Notes: generated from the sequence alone by a model not told the origin. A stretch of 64,000 bases of DNA from Atractiella rhizophila (GCA_021432655.1 MU271259.1:44155-108154); one strand, 5' to 3'; positions 26,701-40,594 are shown, counted from the first letter of the stretch. Numbers and translations: made by a program.

Positions 26701-29700
26701 TTCAACGTCGATTTGAGCTCCAATAAGCGGCTGGAGTTGAATGTTACATCGTCTTTTATAGAGCTTGCGTTGACTACTATGAATGTGTGGGCAACCGAAG
26801 GCGAGCGAGTTCTAGCGCGAAATCGAGGCGATAATTCACCTTTCCGGATCCGCAATCTTACTGGCTATTCTATTGTCGTCGCCCCAGACATAGGGAAGAA
26901 GAAGGGGAAAGTTGAGCGCGCCGCACCTGCTTTTGCACCGGAAAGGATCCCCAATGGAGGCGAAATACCCTGGCGGTTTGAGGATTGGAAAACGATGCGT
27001 GAAGTGTGTACCCCTATTCACTCTGCTGCTGTTCATTGCATTCTGATATGTTCATCAGAACATCAATGCAGGAGGCGACAACACGATTTCAGTCAAAGTT
27101 GAAAATGGACATTGGGACTCAGTTAGACAGATATCTTTCCAAAGGGAAGGCAAACAGGTCTTCCATCTCAAACCCCGTATCGAGAATATCACGCACCGAT
27201 TGGTCTGCGACATCCAACTTAAAGACAATGTGAAGATCGTCACTTTTAGATCACCTTTTGTGATTGAGAACTTTAACGAGATGCCCATCGATCTTGAAAT
27301 CGTCGACACATTTGGCAAAGCTGCCGCAACTCACAGCATTCGTGAGTCTCACCAGTTTCCTGGAAAAGTTCTTGGGCTGAATTGATGGTCAGCTCCCGGC
27401 GAATCGTACGCAGTTCCCATCGAAGCCGCTTATAATCAACGTTTGCGTTTTCGACCAGACAGTAAGCATCTTACCCAACTATTGAAACGGGCTGATGTTT
27501 GATCAAGAGTCAATGGTGACCCCGAAGCATGGCGTGAAGTATTCCTGGTCAAGCGAAGCTTGGGGTTGGCAAGATTTAGTCAAAGAACCAGGTCGGACAG
27601 TGATTTGCAAAGCTACTAACAACGAGCCGCCATTGAGGTTCCGGTCATTCTCCATTTACGACCAAAATGATCCGTTGACCAAGTTGGTTTTACCGGATCC
27701 CTCGTTGCCAGTCTGATGAACTTCTCAGGTCGTACCCTAACCTCACTCTTCGTATTCGAGCGCCTGTCGAAATTCAGAATCTGCTTCCGTACGATCTGAC
27801 GTATCGACTTTTCGACAAGAATCTACAGCTCCAGACTGGCATGTTTGTCAGAAAAGGACTCGTCAGCCCGTGCTATTTTCCGGAGCTGAATCATTTATGC
27901 TTGCTCAGTGTTAAGGTGGAAGATACGCGTATGTAAACGTATTATACCACTCCTTCCTGACATTATCCTCAGCATTCAAGCGCAGCGAATTTGCTGTTAT
28001 CAGCACGGACAATACTGAAGACATGCCTTTAGAAAATCTGTTGAGTATGCGAGATGACAAAGGGTTGGAGATGTTCTTACGTTTGAACTTCGTGTATGTC
28101 GAGCTCGCTGCTTCCACCAAAATCTGACCTTTACCACAGTCGGCACCCGTATTCAGGAGGAGCCTATCGAATACAGGTGTTTTCCCCTTATGTTTTTATC
28201 AACAAGACGGGCCTGTCTTTGGAGCTAAAGTTCAAGACTTTTATGATGGCCGCGAAAACTGTTGCTGGCATTATGCCTTCACCAGGTGTGGAGGTTCTTC
28301 TTTTGTGGCTGTTCTGAACTGGCAACAGCTGGTAGTGATGCCCCACCAATCATGCTCTCCTACCCGACGGACGACAATCGGAATCGCACCCTTTTGAAGT
28401 TAGAGGATTCTTCTTGGTCGGATGTGGGTTCTGCCTCGTTGTTAGATGTGTTTGACGCCCTTTTACTAGCCACAAAGCTTTGAAGCCGTTGGAACGGATA
28501 CGGTTGTTAGGTTGCCAAAACCTGGTAAAGGAGAAGAGAGACTGGTGGGATTAAGAGTTGCTGAAGGATTGGGCGATGTAAGTCGTTTTGAAGGTGTCAA
28601 AACTGGGGTGATGGCTGAGCCTGAGATAGTATAAACTAACCAAAGTAGTGACCATATATCCGCGTTTCATGGTGAAGAACAATACCCCTAACCAGCTTCG
28701 AGTCCGGGAAGTAATTCGGCGGGGTGGAGACGAAATTTTAGTCATTTCACCTGGCGGTCGTGCCCCCTTGAACTATCTAAAAGCAAGCACGTCTCCGCGC
28801 TTGAAAGTGTCGTTTACCGAAGGACAATTCTGGTGGGCTTCTTTGTTGACCACGAACACATCCTAACGGTGATCGCAGGTCTAGGGCATTCAAGCCTGAA
28901 GATCTAGGAATTATTCACTGCCCAATGTCCACCTCAAACGATTCCAACGAAGACATCCTCTTGAAAATCGACACTGAGCTGGACGGACCGATCCTTTTCA
29001 CTACCGTCAGTATTGAGGAGGGGAGCTGGCCGTACCTAGTTCGCAATGAGAGCGAATACGTGATATCTTTCTGTCAGAGCGTGCGTCAGCCCTTGCCCTT
29101 CCTTTTTCCTCGTGGTCTTATAAACGCCAATTTTAGGACATTGGGGATGGCAGCAATACGGGAGTCGCACGCATGCAAATCGATCGGCATAAACACCGTG
29201 TTTATCCCAATCAATCTCAACGTTGGGCTTGGGATGAACCCACAGCAGTCGACAAGTTCGTGAAGCTCTCTATTGGCGACAGTTCTCGAGCCGTCAACCT
29301 CATGGAAATCGGTGCTCTTACACCTTTCCGCTTTGTCGTATGTGTCCCACGTGCTAAACAAGTCTCGCGTAACTCATTAGCAACCCAGGTCGATGAACGG
29401 GGGAAATACGGCATCGTTTCTCTGGACGTAAAAGTGGAAGGTCCAGTTCAAGTGCTGGAGATCAGCAATTACAGACCAGAAGATAGCGTCTACAAAGTCA
29501 CTCGGAAAGACACTTACTCCTCCATCCCTCGCTCACCATCTGCACGTACAAGCACTCTGAGTTTGACGCATGGAGATATTCAATTCGAGGCCATCAGCCC
29601 AGACATTGTGGCCTCCTTCAGTTTTGCTCTCAAGCTCGCTGGAGTCGGAGTTTCAGTGGTTAATAGCAAGATGCAGGAGCTCATCTATGTCACCTTCCGA

Positions 29701-31677
29701 GGACTACAAGTCGAGCTAACTGACTACAACACCCACATTTCCTACGAGCTCTCCTGCAAGTGGATTCAGGTCGACAATCAACTCTTTGGAGCCGAATATC
29801 CTATCGTTCTCGCCCCAAGTGTCCTTCCTTCAGAAGGTGCTGACCTGGACCTTCATCCGAATTTGACTATGGTTCTGACAATTTTAAAGAATGCAGGTAA
29901 GTCACAAGTCGCTTGACTAGGCAACATTCTGAAGGACAGTCTAGATTTCGGAATCACATACATCAAATACTTCCAGTTCTTGTTGCAAGAGTGGAACGTA
30001 GAAATGGATGAGGATTTCATTTTCGCTCTTTTGGACTTCGTCAAGTCATCATTTTGGCCGATGGATGGCACCCAACCCATTGAATCGTATGTTTGTCTAC
30101 ATTATCCCTGTCCCACTAGGTCTCAACATGTGCAACCAGAAAACTCATAGACGAAGCTCCAGGCATTCCCGAACCTCGCAGCGCCAACGGAAATAGCGAT
30201 GTCTACTTTGAGGAATTAATGCTCCATCCGACACAGCTTAACATTTCCTTCACCCGGAATGAACGAATCAACGCTGATGAAAAGTATGCTCAATTACAAA
30301 ATATTCTGTCTGCTGACAACGGCTACAGGATATCGACCCGCAATCCTTTCGTCTTCTTCCTCAATGCTCTGCTCATGACTCTGTGTGTTGTCTTTTTCTA
30401 CTAGACGCTTCCTGACTCGCGTGTTTAGCGGTAACGTCAACGTCGCCCCTTTGCGTTTCAATTCGCTTTCCGTTTCCAATGCCAAATTATCTCTCGAAGC
30501 CCTCCAAGAACGCGTTGTTTACCATTATCAACAAGAACTCTACGGTCAACTTTACAGGATTCTAGGCTCTGCAGATATATTAGGCAATCCTGTCGGACTC
30601 TTCAACAACGTATCGAGCGGCATTAAAGATATCTTCTATGAACCTTACCTCGGAGTGATACATCATGGTGGAAAGGAAGTGGGGATCGGAATCGCCCGTG
30701 GTGCTGGCAGTTTCTTCAAGAAGACCCTGTTTGGTGTATCGGACAGCATGACCAAGATCACTGGGAGCATTGGAAAAGGTTCGTGTCTCTTCTCATCTAC
30801 CTATAATATGCGAACCAATTGATGAGCACAGGACTTTCCGTCGCCACTTTGGATAAGGACTTCCAGGCTCGACGGAGAGTGCGACAGACAAGGAACAAGC
30901 CGAAACATGCCCTTTACGGCGTCACAGCTGGAGCAAACTCTTTGGTTACTGCAGTATCTTCAGGATTTCAGGGGTTGGCGCAAGCTCCCATCGACGGCGC
31001 TGAACAAGAGGGAGCTGTTGGGTTCTTCAAGGGACTTGGGCGTGGCGTGGTTGGGTACGCAATCACCAATCCCCTTTTCCCCATAGACGGAAATGCTAAA
31101 TAACTATCCGTAGAGCCGTTACAAAGCCTGTGGTTGGTGTTTTCGACCTAGCCAACAATGTGGCAGAAGGTGTACGGAACACTACGACAGCTTTGAGCCA
31201 GAATCCCTTAGAACGAGCACGACTCCCCAGATTTATTGCTGCTGATGGAGTCTTGCGGCCGTATCAAGAGCGTGAAGCTTTGGGACTGAGCTGGCTACGC
31301 GTGTTGGATAATGGAGCGTTTGCGAACGAAAAATATGTGGCGCACATTGGTCAGTGTCTTGTTAGCTCCTTGAGCTCTAGACTTCTTTCCTCATCCGTAT
31401 TACAATCCCAGACATCAACGTTGCAGAAGAGCCGACCTATGTTATCCTCACGACCACAAAGCTGATTCAGTGCTCTGACATCAAACTCTCAATCACATGG
31501 GTCGCCGAGCTAGGCAGTCTTTCACAAATCAATCTAGAGAGCGAAGGTATCCAGCTGGTACTGAAAGGCGGAGCGCAAGGTCCATGGATTCTTATACCTG
31601 AAACCAAGCCCAAGCTTTGGTTCTTTGGCAATTTAGAGAAAGTAGTGTCGCGCTTCAATAGCAGCAGCAGAAAGTGA
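20764..31677 (+). CDS. VPS13: Vacuolar protein sorting 13, bridge-like lipid transfer protein
   Basis: Chorein N-terminus (LESAITPVLNRY, IPW, NNIQITIENVHIRYQD), INYFNLKNSHWEPLIDPW, VAB region, WIQVDNQLFG, GSADILGNPVGLFNNVSSGIKDIFYEPY, PIDGAEQEGAVGFFKG; many short introns. Confidence 0.96.
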
Positions 31678-32396
31678 GATGGTGGACTTTGGTGAAATCT
31701 TGTAAATGCGCGAATGTTCTTCTGTTTGTACATAACAATAGGGCTCTGTTTCGGTTTCGTCAATTTAAATGCCGTTTTGATGCATTTTCTCTGAGTGAGG
31801 TCTAGTCGAAGCCCAATAATTTATTGCGCATGGTACTGAAGATAGCCTATATGCAAGTATCGCTCAAGCGTCCGAGAAACTAAACAATTCCACGGTTCTA
31901 TGTAGCCATTCAACGACAGAATCACGCCTGTAAATCGCGTGGATGCAGTAACGCTGGCTGGAAAGCAGGGAACCAATCTGTAAGTTCCAAGCAAGTCCGT
32001 CGACACCTGTTTCTCGACGTTTGTAGTCTCATTCCCGCAGCGATGAGCTATCGGAACGACAATGAAGAGGGCATCGAAGTGGAAACCTGCATGGGTAGTC
32101 ATGTGCTGACGGAAGTCGCCAGCGTCGCAAACCGAACGAAGGTGAGCACGGCTGAGAGCATTGAGAAGTCAAGCTGGCGTAGGAGATGCCTACAGGTCTA
32201 TTGCACAACCTTCCCGTCCCTGACGCTATCTTCTGCGCCATAGCCTCCACTCTCGTTTTGTATGGAGTGAGGGAAGGAAAAGGAGGCCAGCGAAGCTGCA
32301 AGAGGCAAGGCAGATGTGGAAGAGAACCGGTGGAGGCGATAGACACAGAAATTCCTTCGTATCCCTCTTTGATCCACTCCTGTCAAATGAGTAACC

Positions 32397-33587
32397 TCAA
32401 ATCGGGCATTTCTGGATCCCAACTCTGCCCGTCCACGTGGGGATCCCGAGCACGAGCACACATGCGACCTGACCTATCGCCCAACTCGAAACACCATACC
32501 TCCACTTGTTTCGACCTTTCAGGGTCTGAACTTCCAAAACGAAGGTGCTGACGGTGCTTAGCGTGCCGCAGAACCCGTCGCTCAGGCCCTGTAATATCTG
32601 GCATGCGCTGATGGAGGAGAGGGAGTGAGGGGAGTGGAGGTGTTGGAGGCTGTAGAAGGAGGAGAGGAGGAGGGTGCCGAGGATGTTCGCCGTGAAGGTC
32701 CCAAGTGGGAAAGAGGAATGGAGAGGGTTCAGGTGGCGCGAGAGTTGGAAACGGAGGTAGGTGCCTAGAGGGCCGAAGATGAGGGAGAAGGAGAGCTTGC
32801 CTCTCCATGGTTTGTGGAAGATGGCCAAGAAGATCGAACCGAGCCAGAGAAGGAGGAGAGATGGATAAAGGCATTGCGCCCATCGAATCGTCTTCCTTGA
32901 GCTGGATTGAGAGGAAACGGGAGTTGGAGATGGTAGTGGAGGGAGGAGGGAAGAGAGGTGTTGTCCTAACATTAGAGCAGCCATCGACATTCCCATGGTC
33001 ACTGCCGTCTGATTCAGTCCATCCAGAAAGTCGTTTCCCCCTGAGTGTCTTCCTTGGGACTGAGATGGGTTCGAGAAAGCGAGAAAGACGTCGAGCATCC
33101 AGGAAGAGAAGGTAGTCAACGAGCCACAGAAACCAGTCGCAAGCGAAGGGTGCAGCTTTTCATCCCTTCACCAATGTTTACGATCAATCATTCTGTCCCT
33201 TCCTTCTCGAGATCCAGCAAGGACGCACCATCGCATGAGTTCAGTTTTCCTGGCGCTGAGTATGCCCATCACAAAACAGCCGACGACTTGAGCCCACAAC
33301 AGAGGGAACACGCTCGCTCCATCGAACGTGAATATGGCGACGAGTCCCAGTCGTGCGAGTACCCCCCAAATAGAAAAGAAGCTTAACAAAGAAAATGGCG
33401 AAAGTTCTTCCAGAGCTAGAGCGATGCGAGAGGGCGAGGACACCTCGAGCGAAGGACTGGGAGGTTCAGTGTCGATGATTTTTGAGGAGCGGCGCGATGG
33501 CGTATTGCCTTCCCGCGACACGTTGCTTTCGTCCTTCTTGCGTAAGGAGCCTTTCTCCAACTGAGCCTCGATGGCTGGCGACTCCAT
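32397..33587 (-). CDS. FEX1: Fluoride export channel (two CrcB/Fluc domains)
   Basis: WGVLARLGL, ATGFCGSLTTFSSW, GPLGTYLR, FPLGTFTAN, SDGFCGTLSTVSTF. Confidence 0.92.
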
Positions 33588-33739
33588 TCCCTAGGTAAGG
33601 CTCAATCGACTATCTTGCTTGTTATTGTCAAAGTTATCATTAGATGCATTACTATTTACGGGTAGGCAATTTCCAATGTCCAACAATCAGGAAGAAATCC
33701 GACCGCTCCAAACATTGCCATTGCCAAAGGACAGTCAAA

Positions 33740-35779
33740 ATGTACAACGACTTCAACGGGTTTCCACCGTTCCAAGGAGCTCCTCCCTTCCAGCACCATC
33801 AGCACCAGATTCCTCCGCCTCAGCCCCAGCAGCAGCAGCAACAGTGGTTTCCGCCTCAGCAGCAGCATCCTTTTCCACACCAGCACCCACACCAGGTCCT
33901 CCAGCATCAACAGCATCAGCAGCAACAACCGTTCCTGCATAATGTCAACGTGCATCCTCATCCCCAATTCCTCCAACATCAGCCCCCGCACCCGCTCTCC
34001 CATCCTCAGCACCCGCAACATCAGCATTGGCCGTCACCTCCTCCTCCTCCTCCTCGAACTCCACCTCCCCAATCGCTGTAGCCACTGGCGCTCCTCCAGC
34101 AGCTCCAATCGCTTTTCCTCTCCTCACACAGGCACAACAGGTCCCTACCAGTGTCATCAAAGTTTACAAGCCGTATTTCTCTCCCTTGGAAGTTGCGAAC
34201 TTGTTAGGAAAGTTAAATGTGCGTTCCCTTTCTTCTTTTCTTGTCCCTATATTCTATCTCCATTTACTGTTGAGCCTCAAGGAATCATGACTCAATGCTG
34301 ATGTCGTCTTTGGTGTTGAACGAACAGTTAGCAGCCCCAGGCGTCACTCCCGTTCGTCTCAATGATCAATTCGAGAAGCTACGTTCAAGCGCCTTGGGAT
34401 ACATCGACCGCGTCGGGGCCAGGCTTGGATTGTACGTCGTCCCACTTCACGCCTGTCCACTCTGTTGACCGTATCTTGTGGGGAACAGTCCACGAAGGAC
34501 AATAGGCACTGCTCAATACCTTTATACCAGATTCCACCTTTTCTTTTCTCCAAAAGACTTCAAGTACGAGCATGTGGCCATGGCAGCTCTCCTGGTATCT
34601 TGTAAGCAAGAGGACACGCTCAAGAAGACAAGGGACATTCAGGTCCGGTCATTCCTCCCTCTTTCTCTTTCGCTGTTTTCCAGACTTGCTGACGATCGGT
34701 TGCAGGTGGCGGGGCATCAGTTGAAGAGTATAGTCGAAGGAGGAAAGGGGACAGGAGAACCGGACCCCGTCGTGAGTTTCCTCCTTCTCTCTTCTTTGTG
34801 CCGTCCACGCTGAGAGGAGAATGAAGGCATTGGAAAACGACCGAGCGCGTTTGATAGGAATTGAGAGGCTCATCTTGGAGACGATAGCTTTCAATTTCTA
34901 CGCCGAGTTCACGTCTTCAGGACTGTTTGGAGGGAGCGGGGCGATCGGGAGGGACGTTTTTGGGTGGGTGTTGAAGTTTGGTCGATTGGTCGGAGGTGGG
35001 TCTCCCTTTCCTCCTTTCCGTGGTGGTTGGAGTAAGTAAGAGATGGATGGGGGATATAGCGAGCAAAGATTACACGAGATTCGCGTTCTTGTTGGCCATC
35101 GACGTTTATCGAACCTTCGTCCCCTTGTCTTATCCTCCGCATGCGATCGCAATCACTTGTCTTTGGCTTGCACGCTTTTTGGGAAGGTGGGAGGCTCAAG
35201 ACGAAGGTATTGAGTGGCCGACGACTGAGGAGGAATGGGAGAAACGGTTCGAAGTGGAGGTGGTGGACGTGGAAGGTTCGCTTCCCTTCACTTCGTTGTC
35301 AGATGGACGAGACTAACACGGAGATGTGGATAGAGATAGCACATCAATTCCTTGACCTTTTCCTCACCCTCCTCTCCTCGTCCAAATCCACAATCTCCCG
35401 AATATCCCCCTCCGAATCCTCCTCCAATCCCGCCTCTCTCTCCCCGATAGATCCCACCAACCCGCTCTCCCTCAACTACTCTCACGTCCTCTACTTCCTC
35501 TCCTCATCCGGCCTTCTTCCCGAAACAGACTTCACGCAAATCAAAATCCGCCTGCGAAAGATGGCCGCTGAGCGTATCCCACAGAAACAGAAGCCGATGA
35601 GGGACGGAGATAGATGGTGGACAGAAGAGAATGAGAGGTTGAGGGAGAGGAAGAAGAAGAAGGGTGCTGGAGACAGTGGTGGAGATTGGTTGGGCAGAGA
35701 CGATGTTACGATCAGGTTTAAGTTTAGGGAGCTGCCGAGAGAGGTGGAGGAGGGTGAGGAGGAGGAAACGTCTTTTTGA
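33740..35779 (+). CDS. Transcriptional cyclin (Ctk2/Lsc1/cyclin K-like) with Q/H/P-rich N-terminus; apparent frameshift near 34067
   Basis: YKPYFSPLEV; cyclin box PRRTIGTAQYLYTRFHLFF...AALLVSCKQEDTLKK; IGIERLILETIAFNF; DVYRTFVPLSYPPHAIA. Confidence 0.8.
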
Positions 35780-35905
35780 GCATTCTGTACATCAGGGATT
35801 GGTCTTTCTGTCGAAAAAAGCGTAATGCTAGCAACTGGCTCTGAGTAGGCGTGAAATGATGTTGTATAAATTATACTTTTGATGGGAGATTACTAGGATG
35901 TTACT

Positions 35906-37051
35906 CTACGAAGAAGCCAACCTGCCCTGAATCCAACCTAACGCTTCAAGATCCATGACCACCCACTTCCTCAACATGATGCCATAAACGCTCAACTCGT
36001 TCCACTTGACGACATCGACCTGTTCCAAATTCCGGAGACTCCTCTCGACAGCCAACAAACTGGGCAACCTCGACGGTTTTCCCTTTTTCCTCCCCTGCTT
36101 CTCATACGGTTGCACCTCCTTCGGGGCCTTATCAAACTCGTACCCTTCCCCCACGACGACCAAAGCGTTCTGACCGACCAAGTTCCTCCTCAACCTAGCC
36201 AATCCAGTCTTGGTCTTCATCTCCGTCCCCTCCTCCCCCTTTCCCTTCGGATCGCCCCACCAGTCCACGACGATCACCCGTCCGTTCCTCCACTTGTCGG
36301 ACAACGCGATGCGGATGGCGGAGTCGACCACTTTTCGTGGCAATTCACCACCCCATTCTTTCGGTCCCTGGCCGCTCTGTCCAGGTCCGAACGCTACTCC
36401 TCCCTTGTGTAACATGGGAGACCCTCGTGAGCCGAGACGCGAGCGACCCGTCTTCTTCTGTGGTCGGATTTTACGACCTGAATAGTTGACCTACACACAT
36501 CCCAAACATCTCAACTCCATCCCTTCCCTTCGCAATAAAAATTAACAAGGAAGGAAAGCAAGACGCACCATAGCCCTATTCTTGGTCGCAGCGGTTCCTT
36601 GTCTGATCCTCGCCCTCTCCCAAGTCATGACTCTGTGCAACAGGTCTTTCCTTCGGGGAACGTTGAAAACGGAAGAAAAGAGAGGGACGTAGAACCGCTT
36701 CTTCTGGCGACCCGGAAGGACGCGTTCGTGCGCCAGCGGGAAGCCAGCGGCAAGGGGACGGGTGTGGTCGTAGGTGCGCAAGGGGACATGAACAAAAGGC
36801 GGCGGTCCAGAAGGCAGCGGATGGGGAGTTGTCGAGGTTAGAGTGGATGACGTGGATGTTGGTGTTGCTGGAGGGATGATGGGTGGAATGGGAGGGAAAG
36901 AAGGAGATGAAGGAGCAGACGTCGCTGCTGTTGCCAACGAGCGCTGCTTGACGAGGTCACACCATGCATTTGGCAATAAAAAATAAGGACGCACGTATAG
37001 AAAAGGTATGCGCCGACTTGGACACTTGCTAAGACCTAGAATTCGCTCCAT
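35906..37051 (-). CDS. YML6: Mitochondrial ribosomal protein uL4m
   Basis: RKDLLHRVMTWERARIRQGTAATKNRA|V.YSGRKIRPQKKTGRSRLG..GSPML..GGVAFGP; start codon inferred. Confidence 0.85.
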
Positions 37052-37326
37052 TCCCTCTCCCAACTTCCCAAACTAGTTCTCAACTTTTCGTGTCAAAGCT
37101 GAAGAAATTAAAGCGAGTCTACGGGGAAAACTGTAGTGTATTTTGCAATGGGTGCAAGAAGGATCTGTGGTCAGCTCTTCGTAAAATTATCACCAAAGGA
37201 TATTCAGCGATTGCTGTATAGCAGTGCGAGCCAGCCCACAGGAGTGGTGGGAGGCTGCAGTTGAGTAACATTTTATGATTCCGGTGCGTGCGAACAAGCA
37301 GTCCCCGCTCTGCCATCAGCCTCCTT

Positions 37327-37358
37327 TATTGGCTCAGTATTGGCTCAGTTATTGGCTC
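37327..37358 (-). promoter_or_regulatory. Triple CCAAT box (tattggctcag x~3) upstream of the uL4m gene
   Basis: tattggctcag-tattggctcag-ttattggctc, ~280 bp 5' of the ATG. Confidence 0.45.
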
Positions 37359-38042
37359 TTATCTATCTCATCCAGTATCGTATCCAAAGTATGAGTGGTA
37401 CACGTATAGTCTTCAGTGGTCCTGCACTTATCCAAACGCTGATTTCAGTTATAACAACATGCACAGCTTCCGCTCGGTGCAATCCCCTCGGATCCCATGA
37501 TCGAGATTTCATCCACATCCAAACAAAACTCTTTGAGTTTTTGTGAAAGAGTTCTTGAAAGAGAGCCGAAGGAAGAATTGGGAGCTGGGGTGAAGAACCG
37601 AAGGAAGTCGCATCAGACCTTCCACGCCCGGAAATTGGGATTTAAGGTGTTTCATTTATCGAAATTTGCGCGTGCATTCGGACTCCAGATGCACGTCAGA
37701 ATCCCAATCCCACCATTGAGATTGAGATTCGTCGGTGTGGACAATTTGGCGACCGCAGACGTCGCCTAGTCGGTTTAAGCATAAAAGGATATAAGGCCAT
37801 CGTTGCCTGTTTACCGGTCTCCCTTTGCTTTCAAATTCACGTCCCAGTGTTTACGCTAGGCCTTTGCTCCGCCTCTCGCAACACTTGGGGCGTACGATTC
37901 AGGAACTTTTGGGCCATTTATCGTCGCTCCTTACTTTCATTGCTTTTTCCACAACTCGATCTGGACTCCTCGAACGCTTTTAAAACTCGATCGATCCTCT
38001 TCCTGATCCTTCTCCCCAGTCCTCACACCCCTATCACTCTTG

Positions 38043-40115
38043 ATGCCTGTTTTCGCCTCGATTTCCTCCTCTCGCGCCGCTTCGAAGAACCAACGTGAAC
38101 GACGGCAGGATGTTGAAACCGCATGGGAGGATCACGAAAGCAGCGGTACTTCACCAAGTTGGACAACTGAAAGCGACCGAATAGACGATAGCGACCCTGC
38201 CTTTCGTTATTCGGGTGGATGGGAGCAGGTTTGGAGTACGAGCGCTAATTATTCACAGGGCGGTTATCATGAGACGAGTAGGAGTGGAGCGAGCGTTCGT
38301 CTCGCGTTCAACGGTCCGTAGTCCTTATTGACACTCTGCCATTTGTCCACCTAGGGTCAGTGCTTGATCCTGAATGTGTGTTAACAGGTACTGCAATCGC
38401 GCTCTTTGGATCGTATGGACCCGATCATGGAGACTTCCAAGTGACGCTCGACGAGCAGTCCACGACTTTGTCGGGATATTCACCTGTCGAGATGACGGGA
38501 CAAGCCATCTTTCATACGCAGGGATTAAGTCAGGACGTCGCCCACAATTTGCAGCTAACAAATTTGGATGATGGGAAGCGGTTAGACCTAGACTCATGCG
38601 TTGTGGAGAGGTATGTCGGCGTGGGGTGTGTCCCCCTTCCTCCTGCATCATAGCTGATCAGCGCGATCTCATTGTGTTAAACCTCGTAGTCCGTCGATGA
38701 AACCTTCTTATACCACTTCCAATCCTTCAATACCAACTTCTCCTCCTCCCACCAGCGGTTCTGGAGGATCATCGAGTGGAGGAGGTGGATCAAACGTCCA
38801 GCCAACAGGGACCGACAGCATCAGTCTTTCTTTAACCCCATCAAACATTGATACTGGTGTCCTTCCCCTCCCGACATCAGTAACAAACGATGGATCCGAC
38901 TCCTCAGACCGTGCCGGAGTAATTGCAGGCTCTACGATAGGCAGCGTGGCTGGATTATCCCTCCTCCTTCTCCTCTGGTATCTCCATCGTCGCAAAGGAT
39001 ATCCGGCTTTCTACCTCCTTGGTAAGAAGGTTGGGATGGGCCGTGTAGTTGTAGAGAAGGACAACGAATCCCCGTCGGAGCGGGAGAGAACTGATAGCTC
39101 GCATACAGATGGAGCCAGAAGCGTCCAAGAAGTGACAGGGGTTGGTACGACCAGATTTCTAACCTTTGAGGAAGCCCGCGCTGGAGGAGGGGGATCATTC
39201 GTCCCGATTCGCTCACCATCTCGATCGTCATCACCACTTCAAGGATCTACCCCTCTACATGGCCGATCATCCTCGGTTTCCTCTGCTCTCAGCGACCTCC
39301 GTTACGTCTCCGTTGCTGCAGGAGGGGGAGGTGGAAGTGGCGGCCCGTCGAGAAGGGAATCGTATTCTGAAGACCCTTATCTGGAGAGACGTTCCCCTGT
39401 CCTTTCGGTGAGAAATCCGGATGTGGAACCACACGAGGATGCTGCGATGGATAATGCAGTTTCTGCAGGAGTGATTGGAAGATCGGTATTGAGAAAGCGA
39501 TCATTGCCTGCTATCACCCAGGCCTACATCTATGATCCACCTTCAACTTCCGAACCCTCCAGTCCACACAGAACTACAACAACTACTCCAATACTCTACC
39601 CATCTAGAGTGTCCAAGACTCCTCCGCCGGATTTATCCTCCTTGTCCGCTCAGTTACCTTCCTCTTATACCTCACCTCCAAGTAGAACCTCCTACGAGTC
39701 CAATTCTTACCCCCGCCGGCCAACGCTGGCCGCAATTCGAGAGCTCTCATCCTATCGCTCCGCGACCTCGAATACATCGGATGTCCTCAGCACTCCGGCT
39801 TCAGACGAGAACTGGGGAAGTGGATCTTCTCAGGAGAAGCTCCTGCCTACGGTTGGGAGCACAAGCATGGAAGCCGGAAGTAGCTTAGGACACCTCGATG
39901 GTGGTGCCAGTGGGAGCCGGAACACGCAAGAGAGCCAAGAGCACCTTCATGTTCCTTTCGCAGTTTCACCGGACGAAATTCAATATGTGGGATTCGGGGA
40001 GTTTCCATTTTGTGCGTACCCACTTTCTTTCCAACTGCCAACGTCGACTAACTTGCACTTGTTCCGTCCAGCTTCTCCGGGATCCAATTCTCAAAGTGGC
40101 CATTCGTCACACTGA
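38043..40115 (+). CDS. Single-pass membrane protein: beta-sandwich ectodomain, S/T stalk, long disordered cytoplasmic tail
   Basis: IDDSDPAFRYSGGW...GASVRLAFNG|TAIALFGSYGPDHGDFQVTLD...HNLQLTN...LDLD (common basidiomycete galactose-binding-like domain); TM AGVIAGSTIGSVAGLSLLLLLWYLHRRK; both ends uncertain. Confidence 0.75.
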
Positions 40116-40594
40116 GTTCAACTTCACTTCTTCATGCCATTCCGATACCCAGATGTTCCGACGTGATCATAATTTGACTATCCCATAAATGCGGATAGTG
40201 CACTTCAGACTTCAAAACATGCATTTCGTAACAATTTTTATTGCCCTGCCTTTACTGTTCAACGTACCCATGAATCAAGAAGTATCAGAAATGGAAATAA
40301 CTCATTCTCAATATGTAGGTGCCCCGATAACTTCGAGACGTCCTTTACAAGAGTTAGGGTATCTCGCTGGTGCTCGACGTCGTATGTCGCAAGCCGTGGG
40401 CTCGGAGCTGCTCACGTCTTATTGTCGTCGTGATTCACGGAAATTTTTTGACGTATTACCCCTGGCCTTGAATTTACATGAAATTGACCCAAAATTGAAC
40501 GAATGAGTTGCTTTTGTGGTGAAGGAATACAACAAGATGTTTGGCGATCACTGACGGTCTAAATGCAGATAAATCCCTATTAGGAAGATGCAAA

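Noticed and set aside
31821..32390. Short ORFs between VPS13 and FEX1
   Set aside because: No recognisable domain or consistent exon chain; probably UTRs.
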